NCBI RefSeq assembly: GCF_964204645.1
Contig: NC_134026.1
Span: 31,706,250 to 31,770,249, forward strand
DNA length: 64,000 bases
Source of the DNA: Tubulanus polymorphus
Lineage: Eukaryota > Animalia > Nemertea
Direction: 5' to 3'
Position 1 is the stretch's first letter. Each line of letters opens with the position of its first letter. The position numbers and the translations under genes were made by a program. Positions 1-11,779 of this stretch are shown here, one piece after another. Below the pieces are notes generated by a model. It was not told the origin of the DNA. It was given only the letters and a program-made list of their open reading frames with translations, and made no database searches.

Positions 1-61
1 AGGCCACAGATTCTGAGAATAAATGTATTTACATTAAAGAAAGTTACTGCGGTAAGTGAGT

Positions 62-3000
62 TTATAATTGAATCAGATTTTCATCATTGATCGGGCTGTG
101 ATCTGTATTCCTGACCGATCGGCGACGACCTTGACTGACAGCTGCTGTGACCTTGCCGCGACCTGATCGTCTGTGAAGTAAACAATAGAACAGATCAATA
201 AACAGAACTCACTGGAACGAGTTCTTTAAATAACTCATCTCCGTCTAACTCACCTGGGAGTTCGCGGAGAAAATGATATTAAATCTTGAACGGCCGACAC
301 TGTAGTAGTCATTCTCGTAGCAGTTACTCCTGGATTAGGAGCTATTCCCGGTAATAAACTAATCCTTCTCTGTAACGATTAAACATCTCTCAACAACCAC
401 ATCAACAGATAGATTTAAACCTAGATTAATCGTCAACGAACCTCATCATTTCCGGGTGTTATTTCTATTTTCAAGTTATTGAATGTAGAAGGGCTGTTCT
501 GTAAGTTGTCGCTAGGTGTCAGCACTGGTGGCGGTGTAGAGAGCGTCGATAAAGGAGGTGAGAAAGCTTCGACGAGTGATATATTTTCTGATTGTAAATC
601 AAACGAAGAATTGCTGAAACGCTGGCCACGAGATGAGCTACGCTGCCGTCCTGTAAATAGACATATCCAATATACCGAACTATAGCAGACGCAATCCTTC
701 TGAGTGGGAATCATTTTATTAAACAGGAGTCACCCCTCAGAGTAGGAGTCACCCCTCAGAGTAGGAGTCACCCTGAGTCTGTACAGTACTCACTGATGGA
801 TGCAGTGTTGTTTGGAGTCATTGAATTTTCTGACGATTTTTTCTGTGAATTCAATCTCACACTACGTCGTCTGCCAGTTGACATAGGTGTCCTACAGGTG
901 GCAGCACTGGGTAGAACGTGTTTTTTCTTCGCCGAATAAGAATGTCGATCGAATTCAGATTTCAAATCTCGTTTATTTTGACTCGGCATTTCTGCATCTT
1001 CTCGTAAAGAATTCTCAAGTTCCATCCGTTCTGTAAATACAAATCAAAAACAGTTGTAACAATAGATCGGAAAATTTAAATATTCGTTCTCTGATTTCTG
1101 CAGTGACGTGACGACTGATTGTCACTACTGGGATTCACTTGTAGTCTCAAGAGAGAATATAGATTGAGATCTGATCTGTCCTCACTTACCAGGGTCGGTA
1201 TCTGTAGGTAGTAAATATTGTAAGAATGGTGAATCTGCAGCTGCCGCAGCTGCCGCTGCTGCTGAACCACTGCTCACAGTTTGTTGTGTGAATTTCACAG
1301 ATTTCGGCGTCTTACTACAAATATAAAACCAAATTTGTCCTTTAATCACAAGTCCACCACCTCGGTCCACCCTACCAAGTCCACCACCTCGGTCCACCCT
1401 ACCAAGTCTACCACCTCGGTCCACCCAACCAAGTCCACCACCTCAGTCCACCCTACCAAGTCTACCACCTCGGTCCACCCAACCAAGTCCACCACCTCGG
1501 TCCACCCAACCAAGTCCACCACCTCGGTCCACCCTACCAAGTCTACCACCTCGGTCCACCCAACCAAGTCCACCACCTCAGTCCACCCTACCAAGTCCAC
1601 CACCTCAGTCCACCCTACCAAGTCCACCACCTCAGTCCACCCTACCAAGTCCACCACCTCGGTCCACCCTACCAAGTCTACCACCTCGGTCCACCCAACC
1701 AAGTCTACCACCTCGGTCCACCCTACCAAGTCTACCACCTCGGTCCACCCTACCAAGTCCACCACCTCGGTCCACCCTACCAAGTCAACCACCTCGGTCC
1801 ACCCAACCAAGTCCACCACCTCGGTCCACCCAACCAAGTCCACCACCTCAGTCCACCCTACCAAGTCTACCACCTCGGTCCACCCAACCAAGTCCACCAC
1901 CTCGGTCCACCCAACCAAGTCCACCACCTCGGTCCACCCTACCAAGTCTACCACCTCGGTCCACCCAACCAAGTCCACCACCTCAGTCCACCCTACCAAG
2001 TCTACCACCTCGGTCCACCCAACCAAGTCCACCACCTCGGTCCACCCAACCAAGTCCACCACCTCGGTCCACCCTACCAAGTCTACCACCTCGGTCCACC
2101 CAACCAAGTCCACCACCTCGGTCCACCCAACCAAGTCCACCACCTCGGTCCACCCTACCAAGTCTACCACCTCGGTCCACCCAACCAAGTCCACCACCTC
2201 AGTCCACCCTACCAAGTCCACCACCTCAGTCCACCCTACCAAGTCCACCACCTCGGTCCACCCTACCAAGTCTACCACCTCGGTCCACCCAACCAAGTCT
2301 ACCACCTCGGTCCACCCTACCAAGTCTACCACCTCGGTCCACCCTACCAAGTCAACCACCTCGGTTCACCCAACCAAGTCCACCACCTCGGTCCACCCTA
2401 CCAAGTCTACCACCTCGGTCCACCCTACCAAGTCCACCACCTCGGTTCACCCAACCAAGTCCACCACCTCGGTCCACCCTACCAAGTCCACCACCTCGGT
2501 TCACCCTACCAAGTCAACCACCTCGGTCCACCCTACCAAGTCTACCACCTCGGTCCACCCTACCAAGTCTACCACCTCGGTCCACCCTACCAAGTCTACC
2601 ACCTCGGTCCACCCTACCAAGTCCACCACCTCGGTCCACCCTACCAAGTCTACCACCTCGGTCCACCCTACCAAGTCTACCACCTCGGTCCACCCTACCA
2701 AGTCTACCACCTCGGTCCACCCTACCAAGTCTACCACCTCGGTCCACCCTACCAAGTCTACCACCTCGGTCTACCCTACCAAGTCTACCACCTCGGTCCA
2801 CCCTACCAAGTCTACCACCTCAGTCCACCCTACCAAGTCCACCACCTCAGTCCACCCTACCAAGTCCACCACCTCGGTCCACCCTACCAAGTCTACCACC
2901 TCGGTCCACCCTACCAAGTCTACCACCTCGGTCCACCCTACCAAGTCTACCACCTCGGTCCACCCTACCAAGTCTACCACCTCGGTCTACCCTACCAAGT

Positions 3001-6000
3001 CTACCACCTCGGTCCACCCTACCAAGTCTACCACCTCAGTCCACCCTACCAAGTCCACCACCTCAGTCCACCCTACCAAGTCTACCACCTCGGTTCACCC
3101 TACCGAGTCAACCACCTCGGTCCACCCTACCGAGTCAACCACCTCGGTCCACCCTACCAAGTCTACCACCTCAGTCCACCCTACCAAGTCCACCACCTCA
3201 GTCCACCCTACCAAGTCCACCACCTCGGTCCACCCTACCAAGTCCACCACCTCGGTCCACCCTACCAAGTCCACCACCTCGGTCCACCCTACCAAGTCCA
3301 CCACCTCGGTCCACCCTACCAAGTCCACCACCTCGGTCCACCCTACCAAGTCTACCACCTCGGTCCACCCTACCAAGTCTACCACCTCAGTCCACCCTAC
3401 CAAGTCCACCACCTCAGTCCACCCTACCAAGTCCACCACCTCGGTCCACCCTACCAAGTCCACCACCTCGGTCCACCCTACCAAGTCCACCACCTCGGTC
3501 CACCCAACCAAGTCTACCACCTCGGTCCACCCTACCAAGTCCACCACCTCGGTCCACCCTACCGAGTCAACCACCTCGGTCCACCCTACCGAGTCAACCA
3601 CCTCGGTCCACCCTACCAAGTCTACCACCTCAGTCCACCCTACCAAGTCCACCACCTCGGTTCACCCTACCAAGTCCACCACCTCGGTCCACCCTACCAA
3701 GTCCACCACCTCGGTTCACCCTACCAAGTCCACCACCTCGGTCCACCCTACCAAGTCTACCACCTCGGTCCACCCTACCAAGTCCACCACCTCGGTTCAC
3801 CCTACCAAGTCCACCACCTCAGTCCACCCTACCAAGTCTACCACCTCGGTCCACCCTACCAAGTCCACCACCTCGGTTCACCCTACCAAGTCAACCACCT
3901 CGGTCCACCCTACCAAGTCTACCACCTCGGTCCACCCTACCAAGTCCACCACCTCGGTTCACCCTACCAAGTCCACCACCTCGGTTCACCCTACCAAGTC
4001 TACCACCTCGGTCCACCCTACCAAGTCTACCACCTCGGTCCACCCTACCAAGTCCACCACCTCGGTTCACCCTACCAAGTCAACCACCTCGGTCCACCCT
4101 ACCAAGTCCACCACCTCGGTTCACCCTACCAAGTCTACCACCTCGGTTCACCCTACCAAGTCCACCACCTCGGTCTACCCTACCAAGTCCACCACCTCGG
4201 TCCACCCTACCAAGTCTACCACCTCGGTCCACCCTACCAAGTCCACCACCTCGGTTCACCCTACCAAGTCTACCACCTCGGTCCACCCTACCAAGTCTAC
4301 CACCTCGGTTCACCCTACCAAGTCCACCACCTCGGTCCACCCTACCAAGTCCACCACCTCGGTTCACCCTACCAAGTCTACCACCTCGGTCCACCCTACC
4401 AAGTCCACCACCTCGGTCCACCCTACCAAGTCAACCACCTCAGTCCACCCTACCAAGTCCACCACCTCAGTCCACCCTACCAAGTCCACCACCTCAGTCC
4501 ACCCAACCAAGTCTACCACCTCAGTCCACCCTACCAAGTCTACCACCTCGGTCCACCCTACCAAGTCCACCACCTCGGTTCACCCTACCAAGTCCACCAC
4601 CTCGGTCCACCCTACCAAGTCTACCACCTCGGTCCACCCTACCAAGTCCACCACCTCGGTTCACCCTACCAAGTCCACCACCTCAGTCCACCCTACCAAG
4701 TCTACCACCTCGGTCCACCCTACCAAGTCCACCACCTCGGTTCACCCTACCAAGTCAACCACCTCGGTCCACCCTACCAAGTCTACCACCTCGGTCCACC
4801 CTACCAAGTCCACCACCTCGGTTCACCCTACCAAGTCCACCACCTCAGTCCACCCTACCAAGTCTACCACCTCGGTCCACCCTACCAAGTCCACCACCTC
4901 GGTTCACCCTACCAAGTCTACCACCTCGGTCCACCCTACCAAGTCCACCACCTCGGTCCACCCTACCAAGTCTACCCTACCAAGTCAACCACCTCGGTCC
5001 ACCCTACCAAGTCCACCACCTCGGTTCACCCTACCAAGTCTACCCTACCAAGTCCACCACCTCGGTCCACCCTACCAAGTCTACCCTACCAAGTCCACCA
5101 CCTCGGTCCACCCTACCAAGTCCACCACCTCGGTCCACCCTACCAAGTCTACCCTACCAAGTCAACCACCTCGGTCCACCCTACCAAGTCCACCACCTCG
5201 GTTCACCCTACCAAGTCTACCCTACCAAGTCCACCACCTCGGTTCACCCTACCAAGTCTACCCTACCAAGTCCACCACCTCGGTTCACCCTACCAAGTCT
5301 ACCCTACCAAGTCCACCACCTCGGTTCACCCTACCAAGTCTACCCTACCAAGTCAACCACCTCGGTCCACCCGAACCAAGTCAAGTCAACCACTGTTCAG
5401 GACCCAGAAACATATTACAATCAATGTTAAGATATTTGATATTTGGCAATTGGTATTTTCAGTGAATTTGAGTAAAGTTAGTAAACTGAACTCGGTTCCA
5501 AACAGTTTTCGGTTCAGATTTAACTAAAATTGATTCATTTCAAATGTTTGAACTCAAATTGAACGGAGAAGAACTGAGGTCAGTTGCTCACAAGTTGAGG
5601 TCAGTAAAGAGTTAACCAGTGGATTGTTGACATAGCGACAATTAAAAGTTCATTGTTACTGTGGTATTTATCCACTGGTTATCTTTAACCAACTTTTTAG
5701 CAACTGGGCTGAGAATTTTACCCTTTGCGAGTTGAACGTTTGGTTTGTGGAGTCGACTCAGAGTCGTCTGATATCGATAAAGCTCTCATCGCTGGAGTCG
5801 TTTTAGTTGAACTATATCTACGTCTGCTCGTCGCCGGAGGAGTTTCATCCTTCTCATCCTCCTCCGTCACTCCAGCTTCTCGTTTCCCTGACGACAACGC
5901 TGATATTACCGATAACGGAGATGGCGCTACTTGTAAACTACGTCTAAGACTACGACGTAAACCGGGAGTAGTAGTAGTTACTCCGGGAGTAATCATGCCG

Positions 6001-6723
6001 ATAGAACGACGAGCGTTACTCTCTAGTACTGTTTTAACTAATCTCTTATCCTCCTTCATTAATCCTGGAGTAACAACGCATTTCACAGCTCCTGAAATAT
6101 CATACATTCAACTTCACTATTCATTATAAATGGGAATTTACTTAGAGAGAGAGGAGAGGGGAGAGAGGAGAGAGAGAGCCTGGTAGATGAGAGAGGAGAG
6201 AGGAAGGAAGAGGAAGGAGAGGAGAGAGGAGAGAGAGCCTGGTAGATGAGAGTGGAGAGAGGAAGGAAGAGGAAGGAGAGGAGAGAGGAGAGGAGAGAGA
6301 GCCTGGTAGATGAGAGAGGAGAGAGGAAGGAAGAGGAAGGAGAGGAGAGAGGAGAGAGAGCCTGGTAGATGAGAGTGGAGAGAGGAAGGAAGAGGAAGGA
6401 GAGGAGAGAGGAGAGGAGAGAGAGCCTGGTAGATGAGAGAGGAGAGAGGAAGGAAGAGGAAGGAGAGGAGGAGAGCGGAGAGAGGAGAGAGAGAGAGCCT
6501 GGTAGATGAGAGTGGAGAGAGGAAGGAAGAGGAAGGAGAGGAGGAGAGCGGAGAGAGAGAGGAGAGAGAGAGGAGAGAGAGAGAGCCTGGTAGATGAGAG
6601 TGGAGAGAGGAAGGAAGAGGAAGGAGAGGAGGAGAGCGGAGAGAGAGAGGAGAGAGAGAGGAGAGAGAGAGAGCCTGGTAGATGAGAGTGGAGAGAGGAA
6701 GGAAGAGGAAGGAGAGGAGAGAG

Positions 6724-6759
<36 letters not shown>

Positions 6760-9700
6760 CCTGGTAGATGAGAGAGGAGAGAGGAAGGAAGAGGAAGGAG
6801 AGGAGGAGAGCGGAGAGAGAGAGGAGAGAGAGAGGAGAGAGAGAGAGCCTGGTAGATGAGAGAGGAGAGAGGAAGGAAGAGGAAGGAGAGGAGGAGAGCG
6901 GAGAGAGGAGAGAGAGAGAGCCTGGTAGATGAGAGTGGAGAGAGGAAGGAAGAGGAAGGAGAGGAGGAGAGCGGAGAGAGAGAGGAGAGAGAGAGGAGAG
7001 AGAGAGAGCCTGGTAGATGAGAGTGGAGAGAGGAAGGAAGAGGAAGGAGAGGAGGAGAGCGGAGAGAGAGAGGAGAGAGAGAGGAGAGAGAGAGAGCCTG
7101 GTAGATGAGAGTGGAGAGAGGAAGGAAGAGGAAGGAGAGGAGAGAGGAGAGAGAGCCTGGTAGATGAGAGTGGAGAGAGGAAGGAAGAGGAAGGAGAGGA
7201 GGAGAGCGGAGAGAGAGAGGAGAGAGAGAGGAGAGAGAGAGAGCCTGGTAGATGAGAGTGGAGAGAGGAAGGAAGAGGAAGGAGAGGAGGAGAGCGGAGA
7301 GAGAGAGGAGAGAGAGAGGAGAGAGAGAGAGCCTGGTAGATGAGAGTGGAGAGAGGAAGGAAGAGGAAGGAGAGGAGGAGAGCGGAGAGAGGAGAGGAGA
7401 GAGAGAGGAGAGAGAGAGAGCCTGGTAGATGAGAGTGGAGAGAGGAAGGAAGAGAAGGAAGGAGCATTTTGATGTATATTAACCTTGTTTAACAGGGCTG
7501 TCTATTTTAAAGAATCCAGCATCAAATGTTTTTAAATTCTCACTAGTCTCAGTTTCTGCTGAAGAGTTTTCTTTCTCTTGTTGTTTTTTCATTTTCGCTC
7601 TGAATTCAGCAAATTTTGATTTGACGTTCGATGATTTTTTCACAATTGGTTTCTTTTTCTTCAAATAATCAAAAAACAATCAATAAATATTAAAATGAAT
7701 TCGATAAATTTGATGAATTATAAAATTAAAACGAACCTTTATAAGTTTATTTTTCTGTTTATTGATCGGTTTTTCTTCGAGCCACGAGTTCGATTTTAAT
7801 TTCTCTAATTCTTTAAATTTTAAATCAACGTCTTCGACTTGAAAATAAATCATATCCCAGAATCCTTGTAAATCGGTTGTCGTGGTGATTTTGTCTCCAT
7901 TGTTATATTCGCAGTTGTCGATTAAGCCGGTGAATTGTTTGAATCTTTGTCTCATCAATAACTGAGCTTGACCAATCACTGATCGGATCTGACCTTTCAC
8001 TGTAACGCAAATAAACAATCGAAATTAAAAAGAAACGAGTCAGAATTTCTGGTGCGATTGATTTCAGTTTTCACGTACCGTCCTCGGTGAAACTATCATC
8101 GCGCGTCGTTTCCATAGTTACCCCCCAACAATCGCACGCCGCGTTTAAACGTTCTGTTTCCGTCACTAACAACTGACGGAAATATTTCACGTCGTGTTCA
8201 TCGGTAGTCATGGTAACGGTGACGGTAGGTTTATCGGTAGTCATGGTAACGACACGTTCCGTCTGTTGCTTATCGTCCGTTCCTTCGTTCAATGCGTTTA
8301 CGACGTCCTAGAAATAAATACCGAAAACATGAAGTAACCGAAGACAGATCAGTCGCTAGGGACCCTGACTACGACTCAACAATTGAAACCAGACAGATCA
8401 ATACAGATCAGTCGCAAGGGACCCTGACTACGACTGGTATCATACCTCATCGAGACCTAACGTAACATTGAGGTCTAATTTAGGTAACTCTTCAGATGCG
8501 ATCTCTTCCCCAGCCGGACCTAGGGTCAGTTCAACTACTTCTTCTAACGTCTGTGGAGGGAGGTTAGGTAGTAATCCACAATCATCTAAATCAGGCATTC
8601 CTAAACCTATAACATACAACATTTACATTTACAACACAAACATCAAATTAATCCTAGTTTAACCCCGGTGTTGTAATACTTACTTAATCCAGGAGTAACT
8701 GGTTTTATTTTCCTCTTTAATTCAACCATAGGACTTTGCGATAAAGATTTTAAAGCCCTGAAAATAAAGAGATAATCGTCATTCACTAAAACGCTCCCGA
8801 TCAAACCTCCTCCGACCTGCTGGAGTAACACTTACTTCTCCTCCGGAGTGAAATGTCCTCCGACCGTTCGTCTTCTACGTTTAGTTAGTTTCGGGAAGGT
8901 TTTCGGAGTTTTAAACTCCACCGCTGATTTTCGCGGACCGGTAACCGTGGCGATAGGTAATTCATCGATATCGGTTTCCATGGCGGTAGCTGTAAGAGCG
9001 TTATTGAAGATACTATCCGTGCTGGTACCACCGGTAGCTGTTGCACATCCACCAGTAACTGGGGTACCACCGGTAGCTGTTGCACGTCCACTGGTAGCTG
9101 GGGTACCACCGGTAGCTGTAGCACGTCCACTGGTAGCTGGGGTACCACCGGTAGCTGTTGCACGTCCACTGGTAGCTACCACGCTCGGTCGATGTAGCTG
9201 TTTTTTAATGCTTGAAACTGGTATAGGTTTAAACACTTCGTCCCGATCAGATTCACATGAAGATAAATCTGATTTCTTAGTAGAAGTTGAAACTCTATTT
9301 ATTTCCGTTAAATTATCGTTAATTGAATCCAATCTGATGGATTTCGATTTTCTGCGAAGTTTCTTCGATGAAATCTCGAGATTAATTTCACCCGTCGATT
9401 CAGCAGACGATGATCCCGATTGTTGTTTCATCGTCGACGGTGATTTATAAAATGAAACGGGAGCGAATTCTTCATCTGAATCGGCCGGTAATTTACATCT
9501 GTAATTATATTCAACAAATAAATGTTTCTGTGAAACTCGTTTTATTCTAAACTTGGACTGATTTTGTGGGTCCAAGTATACCCCTAGATAAACGATGTTT
9601 ACTATAATTGAATAGAAGTTGAGCCTAATCTAACCATGAACTAGCCTGCAGTAATCTTAGACCCCAGTTACAGGGACCGCCCGACTTGTCTCGGAGGTAT

Positions 9701-11242
9701 TTACCTGGGAGTAGCTGGGTAAGACCCAGTTACAGGGACCGCCCGACTTGTCTCAGAGGTATTTACCTGGGAGTTGCTAGGTAAGAGGTATTTACCTGGG
9801 AGTTGCTAGGTAAGATCCTCCTCCTTGGTAAAAATCTTCAGATAAACTATTATTATAATCTGTGTTGTGAATTGTATTGAGTTTGAATAGAGACGTGTCT
9901 GGAGCAGTGAAATGAAAATCTGTCGGAGCAAACGAACAAACTTCTGGTTCTCCACGTTTAGACGTAATCTTAGATAAATTCTCCTGAAAAAAACATGAAA
10001 TCAGTTTAAAACACAACTCACAACTTGGTGGATCGCAACTGGGTGGATCGCAACTGGGTGGATCGCAACTGGGTGGATCACAACTGGGTGGATCACAACT
10101 GGGTGGTTCAAGGGTTTAACTAAACTCCTAAATTCATTTTAATGTTTAAACGACAAAAAATTAGGTGATAGTTTTTTGTATGTTTCTCAAAACAAATTTA
10201 TTTGTAACTCACTTGAATCTGATTAAGTTTAGGTTGAGTTGATTGTTTTGTCGTCCTCGCAGGTACAGCAGCTGCTGCTGCTGCTGCTGCTTTCGGCTTT
10301 TTCTTATCAACTTGTGGTTTTTTTACTGAAATAGTTAATAGTGAAACTGAGACTATGAGATTCATCAATCAATAACCAAATGAATTTGAGTCCAGTGAAA
10401 TACTAACAGTTAACCGACTGTTTAGTAGACTGCCTCGTCAGACGTTTATTTCCACCAGGTGAAGGTCGTTGAACTGGTTTTTTCACTCGTTTTTCAGCTG
10501 GTTTCGCTGCAGGTTTTGATACCGGTAGTTTAGATACCGGAACGGGAGGTTGTTTTGATACCGGTATCGCTTGTTGTTTTGATACGGGTATCGCGCTGTT
10601 GTTCTTCTAAATCGTGAAAACAAAATATTTAAAAATAACCGATAAGTTACCGATATGTGTGTCCCACGGCCACGTGGCGCCCTCTATTACTGACCTGATA
10701 AAGTTTATTATCATTATGTCTGACTCCACCACTGATTTTAAAACTCTTTTTTGATTTTGCTTCCGCTTCTAATTTTTTCTTCAATAATTTTTCCTGCTTC
10801 CATTTTTTAAGTCGTTCCTGTCGTTGTTTTCCAGCTACAAAATAAACGTCAACATCAATTGACAGCACACCTGCCAGTGAACCAAGAACCCGCATGTGTC
10901 CAGCCCCGCCCGGGATCAGCGGGCTGAACCTGCCCAATTCTTTCGAGATTGATTAGAAGAACTACGTCTCAACTCACTTTCTTTCTCTTTTTTCTCGATG
11001 ACTGGTTTGAGGGATCCAGGTTTAAGCGTTGGTTTTGGTTTCTTGTTTATATCTGGTTTAATATTCTCCTCAGCCTCACCCGCCGCAGGCTCCTCATGTT
11101 GCAGATTTCGAAGTCGATCTATTTTTGATTGTCTGCTATCTTTTCTTTCTAATGTTCGTTTGTGAGCTCTAAAAACTCGTTTGTCCTCTACATCACCTCC
11201 TCCTCCGCCTCCTTTGCGTTTATAATCTTTCGCTCGATTCAT
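62..11242 (-). CDS. DLGAP5: Disks large-associated protein 5 (HURP/Mars) homolog, multi-exon
   Basis: ATG at 11242. N-terminal QRQERLKKWKQEKLLKKK motif (~10770-10830). GKAP-domain exons at 8079-8308 and 7737-8000 (FRQLLVTETERL; GQIRSVIGQAQLLMRQRFKQF...DLQGFWDMIYFQVEDV...LKSNSW). S/T-P-rich tail with DLISFSP (exon ~255-369) and a last exon 62-170 ending NLIQL-TAA. GT-AG boundaries are phase-consistent where checked. Confidence 0.88.
1349..5390. repeat. 27-bp minisatellite (CAAGTCYACCACCTCGGTCCACCCTAC), ~4 kb, inside a DLGAP5 intron
   Basis: Visible tandem array of about 150 units with single-base variants, degenerating at the right end. It lies between DLGAP5 exons at ~1189-1320 and ~5720-6090. 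Confidence 0.97.
6145..7463. repeat. Polypurine (GA-rich) compound minisatellite with recurrent CCTGGTAGAT spacer, intronic
   Basis: Near-pure A/G on the plus strand, punctuated every ~60-80 bp by GAGCCTGGTAGATGAG. Confidence 0.95.
9025..9180 (-). repeat. 39-bp coding tandem repeat in DLGAP5 (TGGTPATSGRATA, ~4 copies)
   Basis: In-frame repeat inside the large exon covered by ORF 8832-9575. Confidence 0.85.
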
Positions 11243-11779
11243 CCTTACCTTTTATTTAAATGAAATGGTCCGCTAAATAAGGGACCAAAAAAGCGATAGT
11301 CGAAAGTTTGAAAGCAGCGCCTGTAATATAGATGGCGGCACCAGCTGGATGGCTGGTCAAAGAATATCAGTCGTGTTTTATTGAATACCTATTGATTTTT
11401 TATATGTTTTCATAAATGTAGTTTATATCTATCTTTTTTCGTGATTTACTTTAGATCTTATGCTGTTTATTTATGATACGTTCAATAAAGTAAAACTTTG
11501 ATTGAATTCCAGTAGATGGCTCCGAAAAAATCATAACCTTAACCCTAGCTTCGGCCGGAGGCAACCTCATGAAACGGCACCGCCCTAGAAATACCCGAAA
11601 TAACCCTAACCCTAGGGTTAGTTCTGGCCGAATCCGCCAGGTGATGAATTTCAATTCAAATCTTTATTGATCCTTAATGATGTGAATAGTTCATACATAA
11701 TCCGCCAGGCGGTGGTTTTAGAGAAGAGCGGGAATTTCCACGCTCAGTATTGTCTCATGTGGGTGTGACTTAAAACACT
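11243..11779. promoter_or_regulatory. Putative bidirectional promoter DLGAP5/ADAD-like
   Basis: Divergent ATGs about 540 bp apart. CHR-like TTTGAA at ~11307, YY1/CTCF-like AGATGGCGGC at ~11330, and TAACCCTAACCCTAGGGTTA at ~11601-11620. Confidence 0.55.

Noticed and set aside
433-445. DLGAP5 stop at 433 as implied by the ORF track
   Set aside because: A GAG|GTTCGT donor at ~442 and two further in-frame exons extend the CDS to 62.
1281-5465. 1394-aa mucin-like ORF (KSTTSVHPT)n
   Set aside because: It is the translation of a stop-free 27-bp minisatellite, antisense within a DLGAP5 intron. It has a non-ATG start and no signal peptide. The variants look synonymous, but the reverse frames are also largely open, so coding is unsupported without RNA data.
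6142-7467. 441-aa Leu/Ser/Pro ORF, and similar ORFs at 30.8-32.1, 44.7-45.2 and 46.8-47.7 kb
   Set aside because: Low-complexity intronic repeats with no domain content.
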